Source: Bugula neritina (taxonomy: Eukaryota > Animalia > Bryozoa). From it: a stretch of DNA of 64,000 nt. Numbering within the stretch: the first letter of the stretch is position 1; each line of letters starts with the position of its first letter. The notes below the pieces were generated by a model that worked only from the letters and a program-made list of their open reading frames with translations, did no database searches and had not been told where the DNA came from. Below, one piece after another: positions 39,301 to 52,606 of the stretch. Both the position numbers and the translations under genes were made by a program. Location of the stretch: contig OZ037770.1 in the NCBI GenBank assembly GCA_964035545.1, forward strand, positions 5,404,729 to 5,468,728, in the 5' to 3' direction.

Positions 39301-42266
39301 CTGATTAGCCAACACAGAAAATCGTCTTCAACTTGTTTGAAAATATAATTCATCATGAAAGCAAAAAATTTATAAAATTTATAAATCTATTCATATTGTG
39401 TGCAGAAAACTCTGCAGTAGATTGCAAATAAGCCTAAATACTACTTCATACAAAACTATATAGAAGTATGCGCATGAACATACACGTATATGCCCAATTA
39501 TGTACAAATGTATACATAATTTTTAGAATGATATGCACATCCATACAAGTTTATACACAACTGTGGAAGTATATGCATAAACACGCAAGTATATATACAA
39601 AACTAAAGAAGGATAGGCAGTACAGTAACTATATAGTTCAATAATTGTTACAATGTGTTTTGATTTCATTAAAAGATTAGTTGAATGATGCTCTGCAGCT
39701 TTACAAATTTGTTTCTCTCCTAATTCAGCAACAATTGTCACATCATTCCATTCACCACTTCATGAATTTGATGCAATTCATACAATTTTCAAGTGATGCA
39801 GAGAATGCTTTATTTATAGAAAGTAAAGACTTGAACACAATAAAACTTTTTTCAGGGGCCGGTACAGAGTTCACTTCAATCATACAATCTTTTACCTTGA
39901 CTCTGTGCATCTGCATGAAAAACTTATTTTAAAGCTGAGATACTGAGTGTGGTTATAATGTACCATATGATTTATTCCACAATAATATATATACCAATGA
40001 CAGCAATTGTATGAACACAGAAGTAATTGAGCATGATTTCGAAAAGTTTCTGAATCTATGGCATCATAATTCTTGTCAAAAATTACTCAACCTACCTTTT
40101 ATAGCTGTTCCTTCGTATATGATTTCCAGCAAAACCAAAATATTTTCATCTAAGTGGAAGGTGATGAGGATAATAGGAAGATATGCATTTTTATTGGTGA
40201 TTTTCTTTCTCTGTATAGTTGGGCTAAGAGACGGCATGCAGAGTGTTGAATAAGTCGTGTGCATTTATATTAAAGTCTTGATCTGAGTGGATCCTGAAAT
40301 AGAAATAATAATTTCATTACAGTATATGGAGAACAGCCGTGATTCAGGGGTTAGACCGTTTGCTTAGTGAACACGAAATCATGAGTTCAAACCGGCAATG
40401 GCCATTGGTGAGGTCAGAAAGAGTATCCAGTCATAATTGCTTCTGTGACTCATCTGAATATAAGCCATTGGCCTGATTTAACAAAAACCTCTTCCGTCAA
40501 GGGTTTCTCATAGGGATAGCAACTATAAACTTGCGTAAAGTTTTATATTACTTCTATTAGCTTAATGAATATATATTATAATATGTACAGTCTCAAATAA
40601 AACGCATTGCTTTATCAAAGTATAAAGCAATTGAAGCATGTTTGTGGTTTTATTGCGAAGCTAAATTAAAATTATCAGTATTTGTAGAGTATAAGTTAGC
40701 TTTATTTGAAAAGTTTTAGAAAGGTTGACACTGACAATTACTTAGAGTATAGCTGTAGGACAAACTATATATAGTGAAACCTTTTATTATATACAATATT
40801 TTATGTTATGTTACTTGGTCAGAATAATAGTCATTCAAAAATATATTAATTATATGATGAAAGATAAAATTTAGATCAGATTTAATTATGTTTCAGTAAA
40901 TCTTCCCCAAGCAAGCGAATAACACAAACACAATAACACACGTGCATGCACCTATGCATACACAACGTCGCAAAATAACACAAAATGACACACACAACAC
41001 ACACAACATAAATAAAAACAATTACATAATGTACAGGCATACGTGCAAACTATATTTAATTTTATGCCGTATATAAATGTGCACTAAAATTCAAAGCAAT
41101 AATTTGATATATATATAACACATACCTAAATAGTCTATAAAATACCACACATGTGATGGTACGGGAAGGTAGCAGAGGAAAAGATCTTTTGACAAAGTAG
41201 CATGTTTAGCCTCCTACTTGATTGCTGAGAAATAATGATATGATTTATAACCCAGTGAATACGTTTCTTTGCCGGATTAATCAAAGCGAATTGAATGAAA
41301 AGAATTTGTTGAAAAGCTAGAAATGCTGGGTGTGTCTTGCTGCCCTCCTTTCACTGTATTGTATTAGGAGCAATTTAGTCAGTTCAAAGAATATACCTGA
41401 TGTTTCATATGAGACTCTTTAGTTGATTAGTATTTTATAATGTGATTTGATTTCACTGATAGCTATCATTAGTGTCCTTTGTTAGTAGCTTCAACACAGA
41501 ATTCTTGTTATCTATTCCATTGTTAATTCTTTGTAATTTATATACACTAAGCAAGGCATGCTGAGCTTGCTTCTTTTAACAAATACAATACTCAAAACAT
41601 AATGCGGTTCTTTAGACACATATACATACTTTACATTGTAGGTATAATGTATCCTGTTCAGTGTACTGCATCATGTGACCTAGTTTCATAGCAACATGTC
41701 GTTTATCTTTTTGTGGATTTCCATATATGCTTAAAAACCTACTATAATATCGCGCTATCTTGCTCAAATATTGCTTTTGATACATACTGTATGAAATAAA
41801 TAAATTAAAAAAATTAAATACATGCTTAAATGTATATTGTATGCCCATACACTAAATTAGTATGCGCACTGTCTATAGAACATATTTACTTAGAGCAGGT
41901 GTAATTTACTTTACAATTAGTCATCACAAAGTATGATCTAAACCAAATGCATCAGATACAATATAGTTGGTCAGCTGAGGAAGTCAAAGTAGGTTTATTA
42001 TTTTCAAACAACAATATTAACACGATAGAATATCTTATAATGTACAGAGGTTTATTAGCAAGTTGAGTGAAAATTACTTGAGACGCTTGTTATTCGTTGA
42101 TTTTCAAATGTCTTAAAGAATAAACAATCAGTCTATTATTCTAATAAATTTCAAACTATCAACACAATATGTAGTGGGCACAGTTCATTGTATACTTTAG
42201 TATGTCTAGTGTATATACTATGTAGTCTAAACAGTGTATATACTATGAAGTCTAGGCAGTGTATAT

Positions 42267-42687
42267 GGGTCATTTTACTTAATTTAGTACACACTGAAGA
42301 TTTCCAGTTTTTAGCTATTTTTCACAATTTAGCTGCTAATGAACAAAGGTTTTTGCCCAAAACTAGTTAAATGTCAATCAACACACATAAATAATCGAGG
42401 TCCTTTTTAATTTTGATTAATTTTTCATGTTTTTTCCTAATTATTCAGCTACTTTTGATTGTAGACCTTTACGAAAAAACCATAACGGTCTGCAATCAAA
42501 AGTAGCTAAATAATTAAGAAAAAACATGGAAAATCAATCAAAAATAAAAAGAACCTCGATTATTTATGTGTGTTGATTGACATTTAACTAGTTTTGGGCA
42601 AAAACCCTTGTTCATTAGCAGCTAAATTGTGAAAAATAGCTAAAAACTGGAAACTTGCGGTGTGTACTAAATTAAGTAAAATGACCC
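42267..42687. mobile_element. Palindromic MITE, 421 bp (GGG termini, 4-bp TSD, Sola2-like)
   Basis: GGGTCATTTTACTTAATTTAGTACAC...GTGTACTAAATTAAGTAAAATGACCC, about 200-bp inverted arms, ATAT TSD; the empty site GGCAGTGTATATTATAATCT is seen at 42911 and 44911. Confidence 0.88.
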
Positions 42688-42709
42688 ATATTATAATCTG
42701 CGAAATGTA

Positions 42710-45064
42710 TAGAATGTAGTCTACACAGTGTATAGTATGTTATATTCTGCTTAGTTTATAATATATAGTCTACACAGTGTATATTATGTAGTCTACACAG
42801 TGTATAGTATATAGTCTACACAGTGTATAGGATATAGTCTACACAGTGTATAGTATATAGTCTACACAGTGTATAGTATGTAGTCTACACAGTGTATATT
42901 ATGTAGTCTAGGCAGTGTATATTATAATCTACGCAATGTATAGTATGTAGTCTACACAGTGTATAGTATGTTATATTCTGCTTAGTTTATAATATATAGT
43001 CTACACAGTGTATAGTATGTAGTCTACACAGTGTGTAGTATATAGTCTACACAGTGTATAGTATGTAGTCTACACAGTGTATAGTATATAGTCTACACAG
43101 TGTATAATATATAGTATACACAGTGTATAGTATATAGTCTACACAGTGTATAGTATATAGTCTACACAGTGTATAGTCTACACAGTGTATAGTATATAGT
43201 CTACACAGTGTATAGTATGTAGTCTACACAGTATATAGTATGTAGTCTACACAGTGTATAGTATATAGTCTACACATACATAGTATGTTATAGTCTGTAC
43301 AGTGTATAGTATGTTATATTCTGCTTAGTTTATAATATATAGTCTACACAGTGTATAGTATGTAGTCTACACAGTGTGTAGTATATAGTCTACACAGTGT
43401 ATAGTATGTAGTCTACACAGTGTATAGTATATAGTCTACACAGTGTATAATATATAGTATACACAGTGTATAGTATATAGTCTACACATACATAGTATGT
43501 TATAGTCTGTACAGTGTATAGTATGTTATATTCTGCTTAGTTTATAATATATAGTCTACACAGTGTATAGTATGTAGTCTACACAGTATATAGTATGTAG
43601 TCTACACAGTATATAGTATGTAGTCTACACAGTGTATAGTATGTAGTCTACACAGTGTATAGTATATAGTCTACACATACATAGTATGTTATAGTCTGTA
43701 CAGTGTATAGTATATTATAGTCTACACAGTGTATAGTATATAGTCTACACAGTGTATAGTATGTAGTCTACACAGTGTATAGTATATAGTCTACACAGTG
43801 TATAATATATAGTATACACAGTGTATAGTATATAGTCTACACAGTGTATAGTATGTAGTCTACACAGTGTATAGTATGTAGTCTACACAGTGTATAGTAT
43901 GTAGTCTACACAGTGTATAGTATATAGTCTACACAGTGTATAATATATAGTATACACAGTGTATAGTATATAGTCTACACAGTGTATAGTATGTAGTCTA
44001 CACAGTATATAGTATGTAGTCTACACAGTGTATAGTATGTAGTCTACACAGTGTATAGTATATAGTCTACACAGTGTATAATATATAGTATACACAGTAT
44101 ATAGTATGTAGTCTATACAGTGTATAGTATATAGTCTACACAGTATATAGTATGTAGTCTACACAGTGTATAGTATATAGTCTACACATACATAGTATGT
44201 TATAGTCTGTACAGTGTATAGTATGTTATATTCTGCTTAGTTTTATAATATATAGTCTACCAGGGTTGGGGTAATTGTAATTTGTAATTATAATTGGTTG
44301 TAATTAATTACATTTTTTCAAGTAATTGAATGTAATTTGTAATTGATGTATAAAAATGTAGTTGTAATTGTAATTAATTACATATCTAATGTAATTGATT
44401 TTTACAATTACTTTATAATTACATGTCAATTACTTCAAACTTTGAAATCCTAAAAATTTCATACTTTTCCTACCATGCCTACTGTTAAATAACAAATTCA
44501 GATTAATTGTCAATGTGGTATAGTATCACTGTTGAGTACAAAGGAGGTTCAGCACTGTCAAAATTGCCCCTGCTAGTTGGACCCTAGAGGTGAAATTGCA
44601 TAACTTTTATTTATCTCTTGCGAGAACAAAAGTAATTGTAATTGTAATTAATTACATTGTCATGTAATTGTAATTATAATTATTTACATTACTATTTGAC
44701 TGTAATTATAATTGTAATTGTAATTGACAAATTGTCATGTAATTGTAATTGTAATTAATTACATCCACATGTAATTGACCCCAACCCTGTAGTCTACACA
44801 GTGTATATTATGTAGTCTACACAGTGTATAGTATATAGTCTAAACAGTGTGTAGTATGTAGTATACACAGTGTATAGCATGTAGTCTACACAGTGTATAT
44901 TATGTAGTCTAGGCAGTGTATATTATAATCTACGCAATGTATAGTATATAGTCTACACAGTGTATAGTATGTTATATTCTGCTTAGTTTATAATATATAG
45001 TCTACACAGTGTATAGTATGTAGTTTACACAGTGTATAGTATGTAGTCTGCACAGTGTATAGTC
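42710..45064. repeat. 23-bp satellite array of copy B
   Basis: Same unit as 33372-36372 with a different interruption variant (TTCTGCTTAGTTTATAAT). Confidence 0.95.
44261..44789. mobile_element. hAT-type non-autonomous element, 529 bp
   Basis: TIR CAGGGTTGGGG..CCCCAACCCTG, 8-bp TSD TAGTCTAC, dense subterminal GTAATT/AATTAC motifs. Confidence 0.9.
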
Positions 45065-46597
45065 TAGAAGCAGTTGCGTTGAAAGAAAAATGTAACAGAA
45101 ATCCATTTGAACAGTTCCTTCGGGAAAAAAGTCCTTTTTGCATTACAACATGTGCAGTTTAGAAACAAACTCTCTTCGAATAAACCAGATGAAACGTTCT
45201 TTGGCGGATGCAGAGATTGTGGATTGTTGTGGAACATAATTATGAGGCGTATACAATAATATATGTCAAAGCCTTTGCTAAATTGCAGCTCATTCCGAAA
45301 CAATTTGAAATATTTTAATTAAGTTACCTGCTATTATTCAGGTTTATAATTACTAATCATTTTCTCTAAGCAAAACCGTCTAAAAAAATCAATTGGCAGC
45401 TATTTTTGTTTTGAAAATTTAAATTACTCTTTAATTTACAAGCTGTTAACTAATTTAGGGTTTCATTAGTTTATGCTTTAATAATGAAAAAATGACTCAT
45501 AGTTTTTGCATGTGATAGATTTAATCTAGCAAACATTGTGGCAGAAGCAGCAATGGTGTTGTCATTGGCCGTTGCCACTTGCAAAATGTTGGTCATATTA
45601 TTGACTTACATTTTAATGCAAACATTTTGATTGAAAAAGAGTTCCCTTCTTTTTCAAAAAAGACAATTTTTTATGAATTGCATTGGAGTGCAAGTTGTTG
45701 GTCACTGTAATTTTTACATGTATTCATACGGATTCATTTGATTCCATGAAAACGCAGTAATAATGCTATTACTTTTTTATCAGGTCTATGAATTAGGGTT
45801 CCACTCTCTAACTTCTTAGCAAAATGCATTTATGTAATTCTGACCAAATAGTTGTGTACTTATGTCTAATCTATACCACTAAATCATTCGATTCAGAACT
45901 CTAATACGAACAAGTGGTATAGAGCGTGGAAGTACCACAAAATAAATACCCTCAGTGTAGAGGTGATTCTTATAGCTAGACAGCTTCACAGTGTGATGTT
46001 TCAGCTTGTCTGTCTGTTCACTGCAGCTTAGCAACCAATAGAATTTGAGCCTTTTTGCGAGCCCGCACATTAACAGCTGCATTGAGAAGCTTTCTTTCCC
46101 CCAATGTGAAGTGCTGCTTCAGTTTGCTTTTCCAACTCATGCGATCAATTCAAGATTTTTTTTCAGAACACTATATCTATGCTGACAGCTTCTATATTTA
46201 TATATTCTTTTCACAAACATCTTTGTAGCGAAGCCTGGGTTGCCCGTGACTTCAGCTATTGCTGGTTAGTTCAGTATTGAGAATGTCTCTGGGAATGTGT
46301 CTGCACATGACCAAACCGGCGCACTTTTTGTTGCTTCTGCAACTTAAAAAACTTTTTTCTCATATATTTCTTATAACCCGTGTCGTGTGACCCTACGTTC
46401 ACTAAGTACTCGTATGTTATTAACTTATTATGAAGAAAGCTGCCAGAGCCAGAGTAGTTGATGAAAAGCTGTTATATAGTCAAAGCTCTTGATGAAATAT
46501 TTTGATGAAAGCTTTTTCTGAAAGTCTTTGTAAGACCTTTTTAAATTTTACGTTTCTTGTTGTGTTATGAGTCAGTGCAGCTTAAAATTTGAAATAG

Positions 46598-49500
46598 TGT
46601 AGGAGTTTTATCCTTTTGTATATCAAACAAGCAATTCCAAGCATATCCCTCTAGTGTTCCAAGTCTTCTAGGGAGCATACATCTAGCCCAGTACGACACC
46701 AACTAACTCTCAGACAATGGACTGAAACTTACGACATACAGGAGGCTGGCTAATTAGAGTTGGTTGACAGCACACTTGGATAAGCGCAGTTGAGTAGTGG
46801 TGTTGAATTAGATGAGTCATGTTCTGCTATCAGTAATTATGTAATGTTTTTCTTGCTTGTGTAGTAGTTAGGTACTTGTGTATCTTTTGCAATAATAAAA
46901 TCTTTCTTACTCTAATCTTGACAACATTGCATTAGCTCTAAACAATCTGTTACTAGTGAATGCGTAAATTCACAACAGTGGTGGCAGTGGTGGAATTAAT
47001 TGAAAGCTAATGCTTCTGGCTGAGGAGTAGAAGAAAATGGCCGACAAAAGAGGCATTCTCCGTCTGGATCAGATTAAACCGGTGGCTATAAAAGATGTCA
47101 CAGGTGGCCTATCGCTGCCTGTGGACAGGTATCATTTGCTGGTTTCACCCTTTCAGGAGAAAAAGATGTGGAGCAATTTATCACTGAGTTCATCGATAGG
47201 GCAGCCATCTGTGGATGGCCTGCCTTAGTTACTCTGATCCAGCTGTGATTGTGCCTGATGGGATCGGCCAAACCTTATAGTATTGGTCAGGATAATGACA
47301 ACATCTTCGATGCGTTGAGAGCCCGGTTTGGTCTCACAGCTCTAGATGCAGGTGTGCAACTCCAAGAGCGTAGGAAAGATCCTAAGACTTCCTTGAGAAA
47401 ACACGCGACCGTGGTGGAACGGCTGGCATAAATTGCTTATTGCGACTTGCCTGCAGAAGGCTGACAGAGATTGGCACTAGATGCCTTCCTTCAGTCTGTC
47501 AACAACACAAGCTTAAAAAAGTACTTGCTTGTAGCCAAAGTGGAGACAATGAAGAGGGCTCTTTGGCTGAGTAATGCCTATTTCCAAGTCGACAATACAT
47601 GCCAGCCTGAGATGGCTGTACAGTAAGTAAAAACCGACAAAAGTGTTTCGCCGTTGTCGGCTAGGTCAGCCATTAAGCCGACCCGTTTAACCACAAGCTT
47701 GGTTCAAAAGCTGCTGGCCGAAACCAGGCATCTCCGCCAACAGTCAGCAGTTGAGCGACCAGCTAGGTCGCCGACAACTGCCATTGGCAGGTGAACCCCC
47801 GTATGTTGGAGTTGTGGTAGTGGTGGGCACCTCCTGAAGAGCTGCCCCTACGATGGGAGAAAACAGTTAACTGACATTGGCCCCCTTGAAGAATTGCCTG
47901 ATAAGGCAACATACATAGAGTTGGAGCAGGACCAAAATTTCCCTCGGCTGCCCATCTGTTAGCAGGACCTAGTTTTTACTCAACTGCCCGCGTGCAAAGA
48001 AGGTTGAGATGTCATCCGGCTGCCCACTGCTTAAACATTGAGCGCAGGAATGGTACACCCCTTGCTCGGACGTGAAGGAGCAGTTAGGGGAAACAGGTAT
48101 ATAGTGAAATTGGTGGGAGTTTGTTTAGCTAGCTCAGCTATCTCAGCTATATTAATCACACTTGAAGAAAAGCTTTCTACAGCCTAGTCAGTGCTACCTA
48201 ACAAATCTCTGGCACATGATAACAGCAAGAGCTAGTGAACTAGTTGATATTTGTAGAGAGCAAAAATAAGTTAGTCATTTATTTTAATTATATTGTTTCT
48301 TTTTGTGGATTACAGCTGTTTGTAGTTTTCATATTGTTTCTATATATTTATGCTGATATTATGTAAGTTTTGCATTGAAATTGTAGTCTTGACAAGGTCA
48401 ATCGATGTCAATTACCGTAAAATGATGTCAATCAAAGTAATGTTAAAATAACAATACAACAAAGGATGTCAATGAGGATTTATTGCCAAAATCACAGCCC
48501 AGTTTACTACAAAGTGTATACAGCTGAGAGGAAGGACAACTATGGTTCGAACCCTTCTTTGAAACTGTCAACACCATTTATGCAAGCCCGACACTACTCC
48601 GGTAATTCGGGAGCTAAGTAGGCTCCAAGCCACGCTACCTGGGGTGGTAGCTGACTAAGTCCGAGCCAAAAAGGAGGGATGGCAGCCTAGCGAAACAGAA
48701 CAGCGGGTCAAGTGTGCAGAATTCAAGTCTTTCTGCAACCGCTGAGACTTATTCCAGTCCAGATGGTGATGGGTTGTTAAAGATAACGTTGGCGACCGGT
48801 GTGAATCACCAAAAGCTCTTCGCCGGGAGCTGATCTGGGAAACCCATAAACAAGCTCATGCTGGAGCCGGACGGGTGACTAGGTGTCTTCAGCTCCAGTG
48901 GTACTGGCCCGGATGCGGAAATGTGAGATATGCCAGGCTAGTAAGCATGCCCGCTCTACTGAGACTGCGGGAAGGCGCCGCCTTCATGACGGTCGTTCAT
49001 GGCAGATAGTTGCCGTAGATCTGCTGAGCCCAATGCCCATGTCTGTGAGAGGTAATAACTTGATACTAGTACTAACTGACTACTTTAGGCAGTGGGCTGA
49101 TGCTCAGGTTATCCAAGATGCTTCGCCCCTATGGTGGCTAGGGTCTTGGATCAAAATGTGTTCTGTTATTTCAGCTTGCCAGAACAAATTCTGACCATTC
49201 TGACCTAGGCGCCTAGTTTCAGTCACAACTTATGATTGATTTCTGTAAGATGTAGGGGTTAATCCAAGTCGGACGACCCCATATCACTCGTAAGGGAATG
49301 GGGTTGTGGAGCCGAACAACTGTATGTTAGGCAACTATCTGAGAAGTCTACTACTGGGTAGGAGTCAGAAAAAGTGGGACTTGGTGCTGCTGCAAATCTT
49401 GAGAGCCTACCGTAGTACCCCTTACTCTAGCAGGCTGGAGACCCCTAACTTTCTCATGCTGGGTAGAGAAACACGAATTCCTAAAAATTTAACTTACCAT

Positions 49501-51267
49501 GTTCTGACTCCAGAGAGCAATGCCCATGAGTACGGGGATGAGCTCATTTCATGCATGAGGAAAACTCACAAGGTGTTACGTGAGCAGCAAAGGCATTTAA
49601 AGAGTGGTGACTCCGACGACCCCCCCCCCTTGTAAAAAATTGGGCAACTGGGTCTGAATAACCAGTCACCGCCGGCAACGCGGACAGGCGGCCAAGTTGA
49701 AGCCAAAGTTTGTTGGTCTTTATTGCATGACAGAGGTGATGCCAAATCACATTCCTAAAGTGGAACCTTCCGACCGAATGTCGGCCCAGAATGAAGCATG
49801 ACTGAAGCCGCACCGGTCGAGTCTTGATGCAGCAGCGCAGGCCCCACCACTACTGGTACCTATGCGCCGTTTCATCATAAGGAGATGGGGTAGGGTCGAC
49901 AAGGAGTTAGAGGTGGTGCTGCAAGATCAGGAAGATGGGTGCAACGCGCCGACTGACCAACCTCGGCTGCCCCCACCTCCGGAAGAGGCTGTCAACAAAC
50001 GGGCAGACCGGCCTGGGTCGGCCTAACCACCAGTAGAGTCGTTTGACACACCTGTTTTCCCTAATGAGATGAAGACTCCTCAAACTCATGAGGAAGATAT
50101 AGCTAGGGAGAAACCACCCGTAGTGGTGGAGTCACCGGTGGCAGCAGCTCCCCAAGTACTGTTGGAACGTAGCCAATGTACTAGGGCTTCCCCATATTAT
50201 TCGAAAGACTTCTTGTGTGACCTAGTTGACATGCATAGTATAGTATAACTTGTCAATCAATACAAAAGAAGTATGGAGGGCAGCAACAGAGAGTTGTACT
50301 TCCCAGTGGCATATAGATTAGGTCAGCTGGGGGGTCAGTAGGGCGAAGCCAAATCGCTAGCGAAAAAGGTATTTTGCAATTACACTCAGCTGTGTAGAGC
50401 ACCCTTTTCAATAGCAACCAGCAGAAGGACAGCATGTCTTTTTTTTAACATTGGCCACTACGAGCCCTAAATAAACAGATAAGTAAACAGCATGGCTGAT
50501 ACAGCACCTGTTTTGGAGGGTAAGTCTATCAGTCTAATTCTATTTAATAATCAGAATTTAATCTAGTAGCCGACTTCAATCTCACTTGGTCATAATGACA
50601 AAGTTGAACTCTTGATGTCAGGTAATTTTTTGCTGATTACTTCGAGTTGAGTAATCACCCAGATGGTTAATAGAAATTAGGAGGTTGTTGATTGTTGTTG
50701 ACCAACTTAGCCACCGTGTCGTACTGATTAGGTGAGGTCTCCCTATAGTAGAGTGTGATTCGATAACTGTTTAGTGATTATTGCAGGTAAGACTGCGCCT
50801 GTATCTCTCTGGATGCAGGTTTTACTAGACACACCAACTACACAGCGAGAAGACATCTCTGACACCGGCTTGGATATGCTGTTGGAACTACACTTTATCC
50901 CCTCTCCACCGATGGAGCAGCCGACCACCAGCACGGATGTAAGCACCACGCAAGTAGATACAAGTGACCAACTAGAATTACTCCAAGCCTTACTGCGACG
51001 AACTAATTGGACAACCCGCCGGACCATGACATTGATTCAAGCACTTTCTCTACACTTAAAAGACTCAGGGTTCATTTACCCCAACATTTTACTGTGATAT
51101 TCTGCCCCTGTGGGGTACACCACTTTTACAAGGATGCCATCCTACGTCACCAGCAAATTCAGCAATGCTATGTCGGCCATCTATACGAGGTCGACGCAGA
51201 ATCCTACCCTGAGTTTAGGGAGCTGATACTACCCCATTTAACCTCCCATGATTGCAGAGAATTTTAG
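46598..51267 (+). mobile_element. Old degenerate Gypsy element (5' LTR about 46598-46977, PBS, gag, integrase, ORF3), 3'-truncated; PR/RT/RH missing
   Basis: ..CACAACA GTGGTGGCAGTGGTGG PBS; gag IFDALRARFG and CWSCGSGGHLLKSC; integrase WQIVAVDLL, YRSTPYS; ORF3 homolog. The LTR start is approximate. Confidence 0.82.
50492..51267 (+). pseudogene. Retrotransposon ORF3 homolog, spliced (50492-50519 + 50787-), frameshifted and truncated
   Basis: ATG GCT GAT ACA GCA CCT GTT TTG GAG G|gtaagt ... ttgcag|GT AAG is in frame with ORF 50774; LQALLRRTNWTTRRT and LRVHLPQHFTVIFCPCGVHH..H..C..YEVDAESY align to ORF3. Confidence 0.72.
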
Positions 51268-52606
51268 CGATGGTCACTATTTTATGAGAAAACAACTCAA
51301 AACTTAATTCGCTGACTGCGTATAAAAATATCAATAATAGAAGTCATGTTCTCCTTTAGATTTTTTGTTGAAGTTAAACAAAGACGTAACTATTGTATAT
51401 TTTTCACTGATATTTACTATTAATTCAGTCTTATTTGCATTCCCAACTGATTATAAACACAGAATTCACTCAGCTAATACTTTCATTTGTTTTATCTTTT
51501 CTACATAGAGTAACATTATGCCCACAATAGTTGACAGTTTCTAGAATTTTATACATCTTTTGCTGTTTTGAAGTGTCAGTAAGTAAGACAGTTCCTACTT
51601 CCTTCGATCTTAGCCTTAGTTCTAAGATATTAACTCATATCAGCTTTGTACACCACGAGTCATGCTAGAACAGCATCTCTACTCACTAGACAGCTCCATG
51701 CATGAGAGTAGCTAACATACTATATTAACATGTTATATTGTTTTGTATATGCTGCAGGTACGGAGCAGTATAACTAGCAGTGTTGATGTACTCAAAAAGG
51801 AAATTGGTGCTGCTTGAAATCACTATGCACAGCCCTGCACTGTTAAAGGGGTGTTTCGCATCGTCTCTAACACTGAATCTAAGGGAATGAGTTAGTTTTA
51901 AGTCTGCCCGCTAGTTCTATTATCAAGCAATTTTTGTCCGTTTTCCATTTTAAGCCCCACATTAAGTCTGTTTGTGATAATGAAAATGCAAATTCTACAG
52001 CTACAGAAGGGGGGGGGTTATTGTGTACACTCCAGCTAGTGCTTTTTACAAACATCAAATATTTGCATGCATGTGTATGTGTGCATGTATACACATATAT
52101 AATTATATACATGCATGTATATATAATCTAAAAATGAAATACTTACCAAAATCTACATATAGTTCCCCATATAAAAACAAGTTAGAATACTGGTGTAATC
52201 TGTATCTATCAGCAATATCTTAATGTTATTGGCAGTTGTTTTAGCCTATCAGCTTCAACTGCTTAGCTATTTAATTTACTAAAAATCTATGCTGAATGGT
52301 CAACTTTAAAAATCATTGGTGTGTGTAAAAATACCAAAAGAAACTCGTATATATTAGGATTAGATTTTAAAAATAACAGTTATGCATCTATAATTATTAG
52401 GTTTCAGAGCTGCTACACATAAACGATATTGACAAGAAAACACTAGCTAAGTAAGCAGCCTGATTATATAGACATACTTTTTTTGCATTATATAGCTGTG
52501 TAAATTTTTATCCACATCATTTAAATTGTAGGAAAATTTTAGTACTGTGGTGCATTTCTAGCCGCATGTTGCACCATCTTCTCCACTGCAGATCAGTCAT
52601 ACAACC

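Larger units (their letters stand above)
37045..45064 (+). repeat. Segmental duplication copy B
   Basis: Colinear with 27390-36380. Confidence 0.92.
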
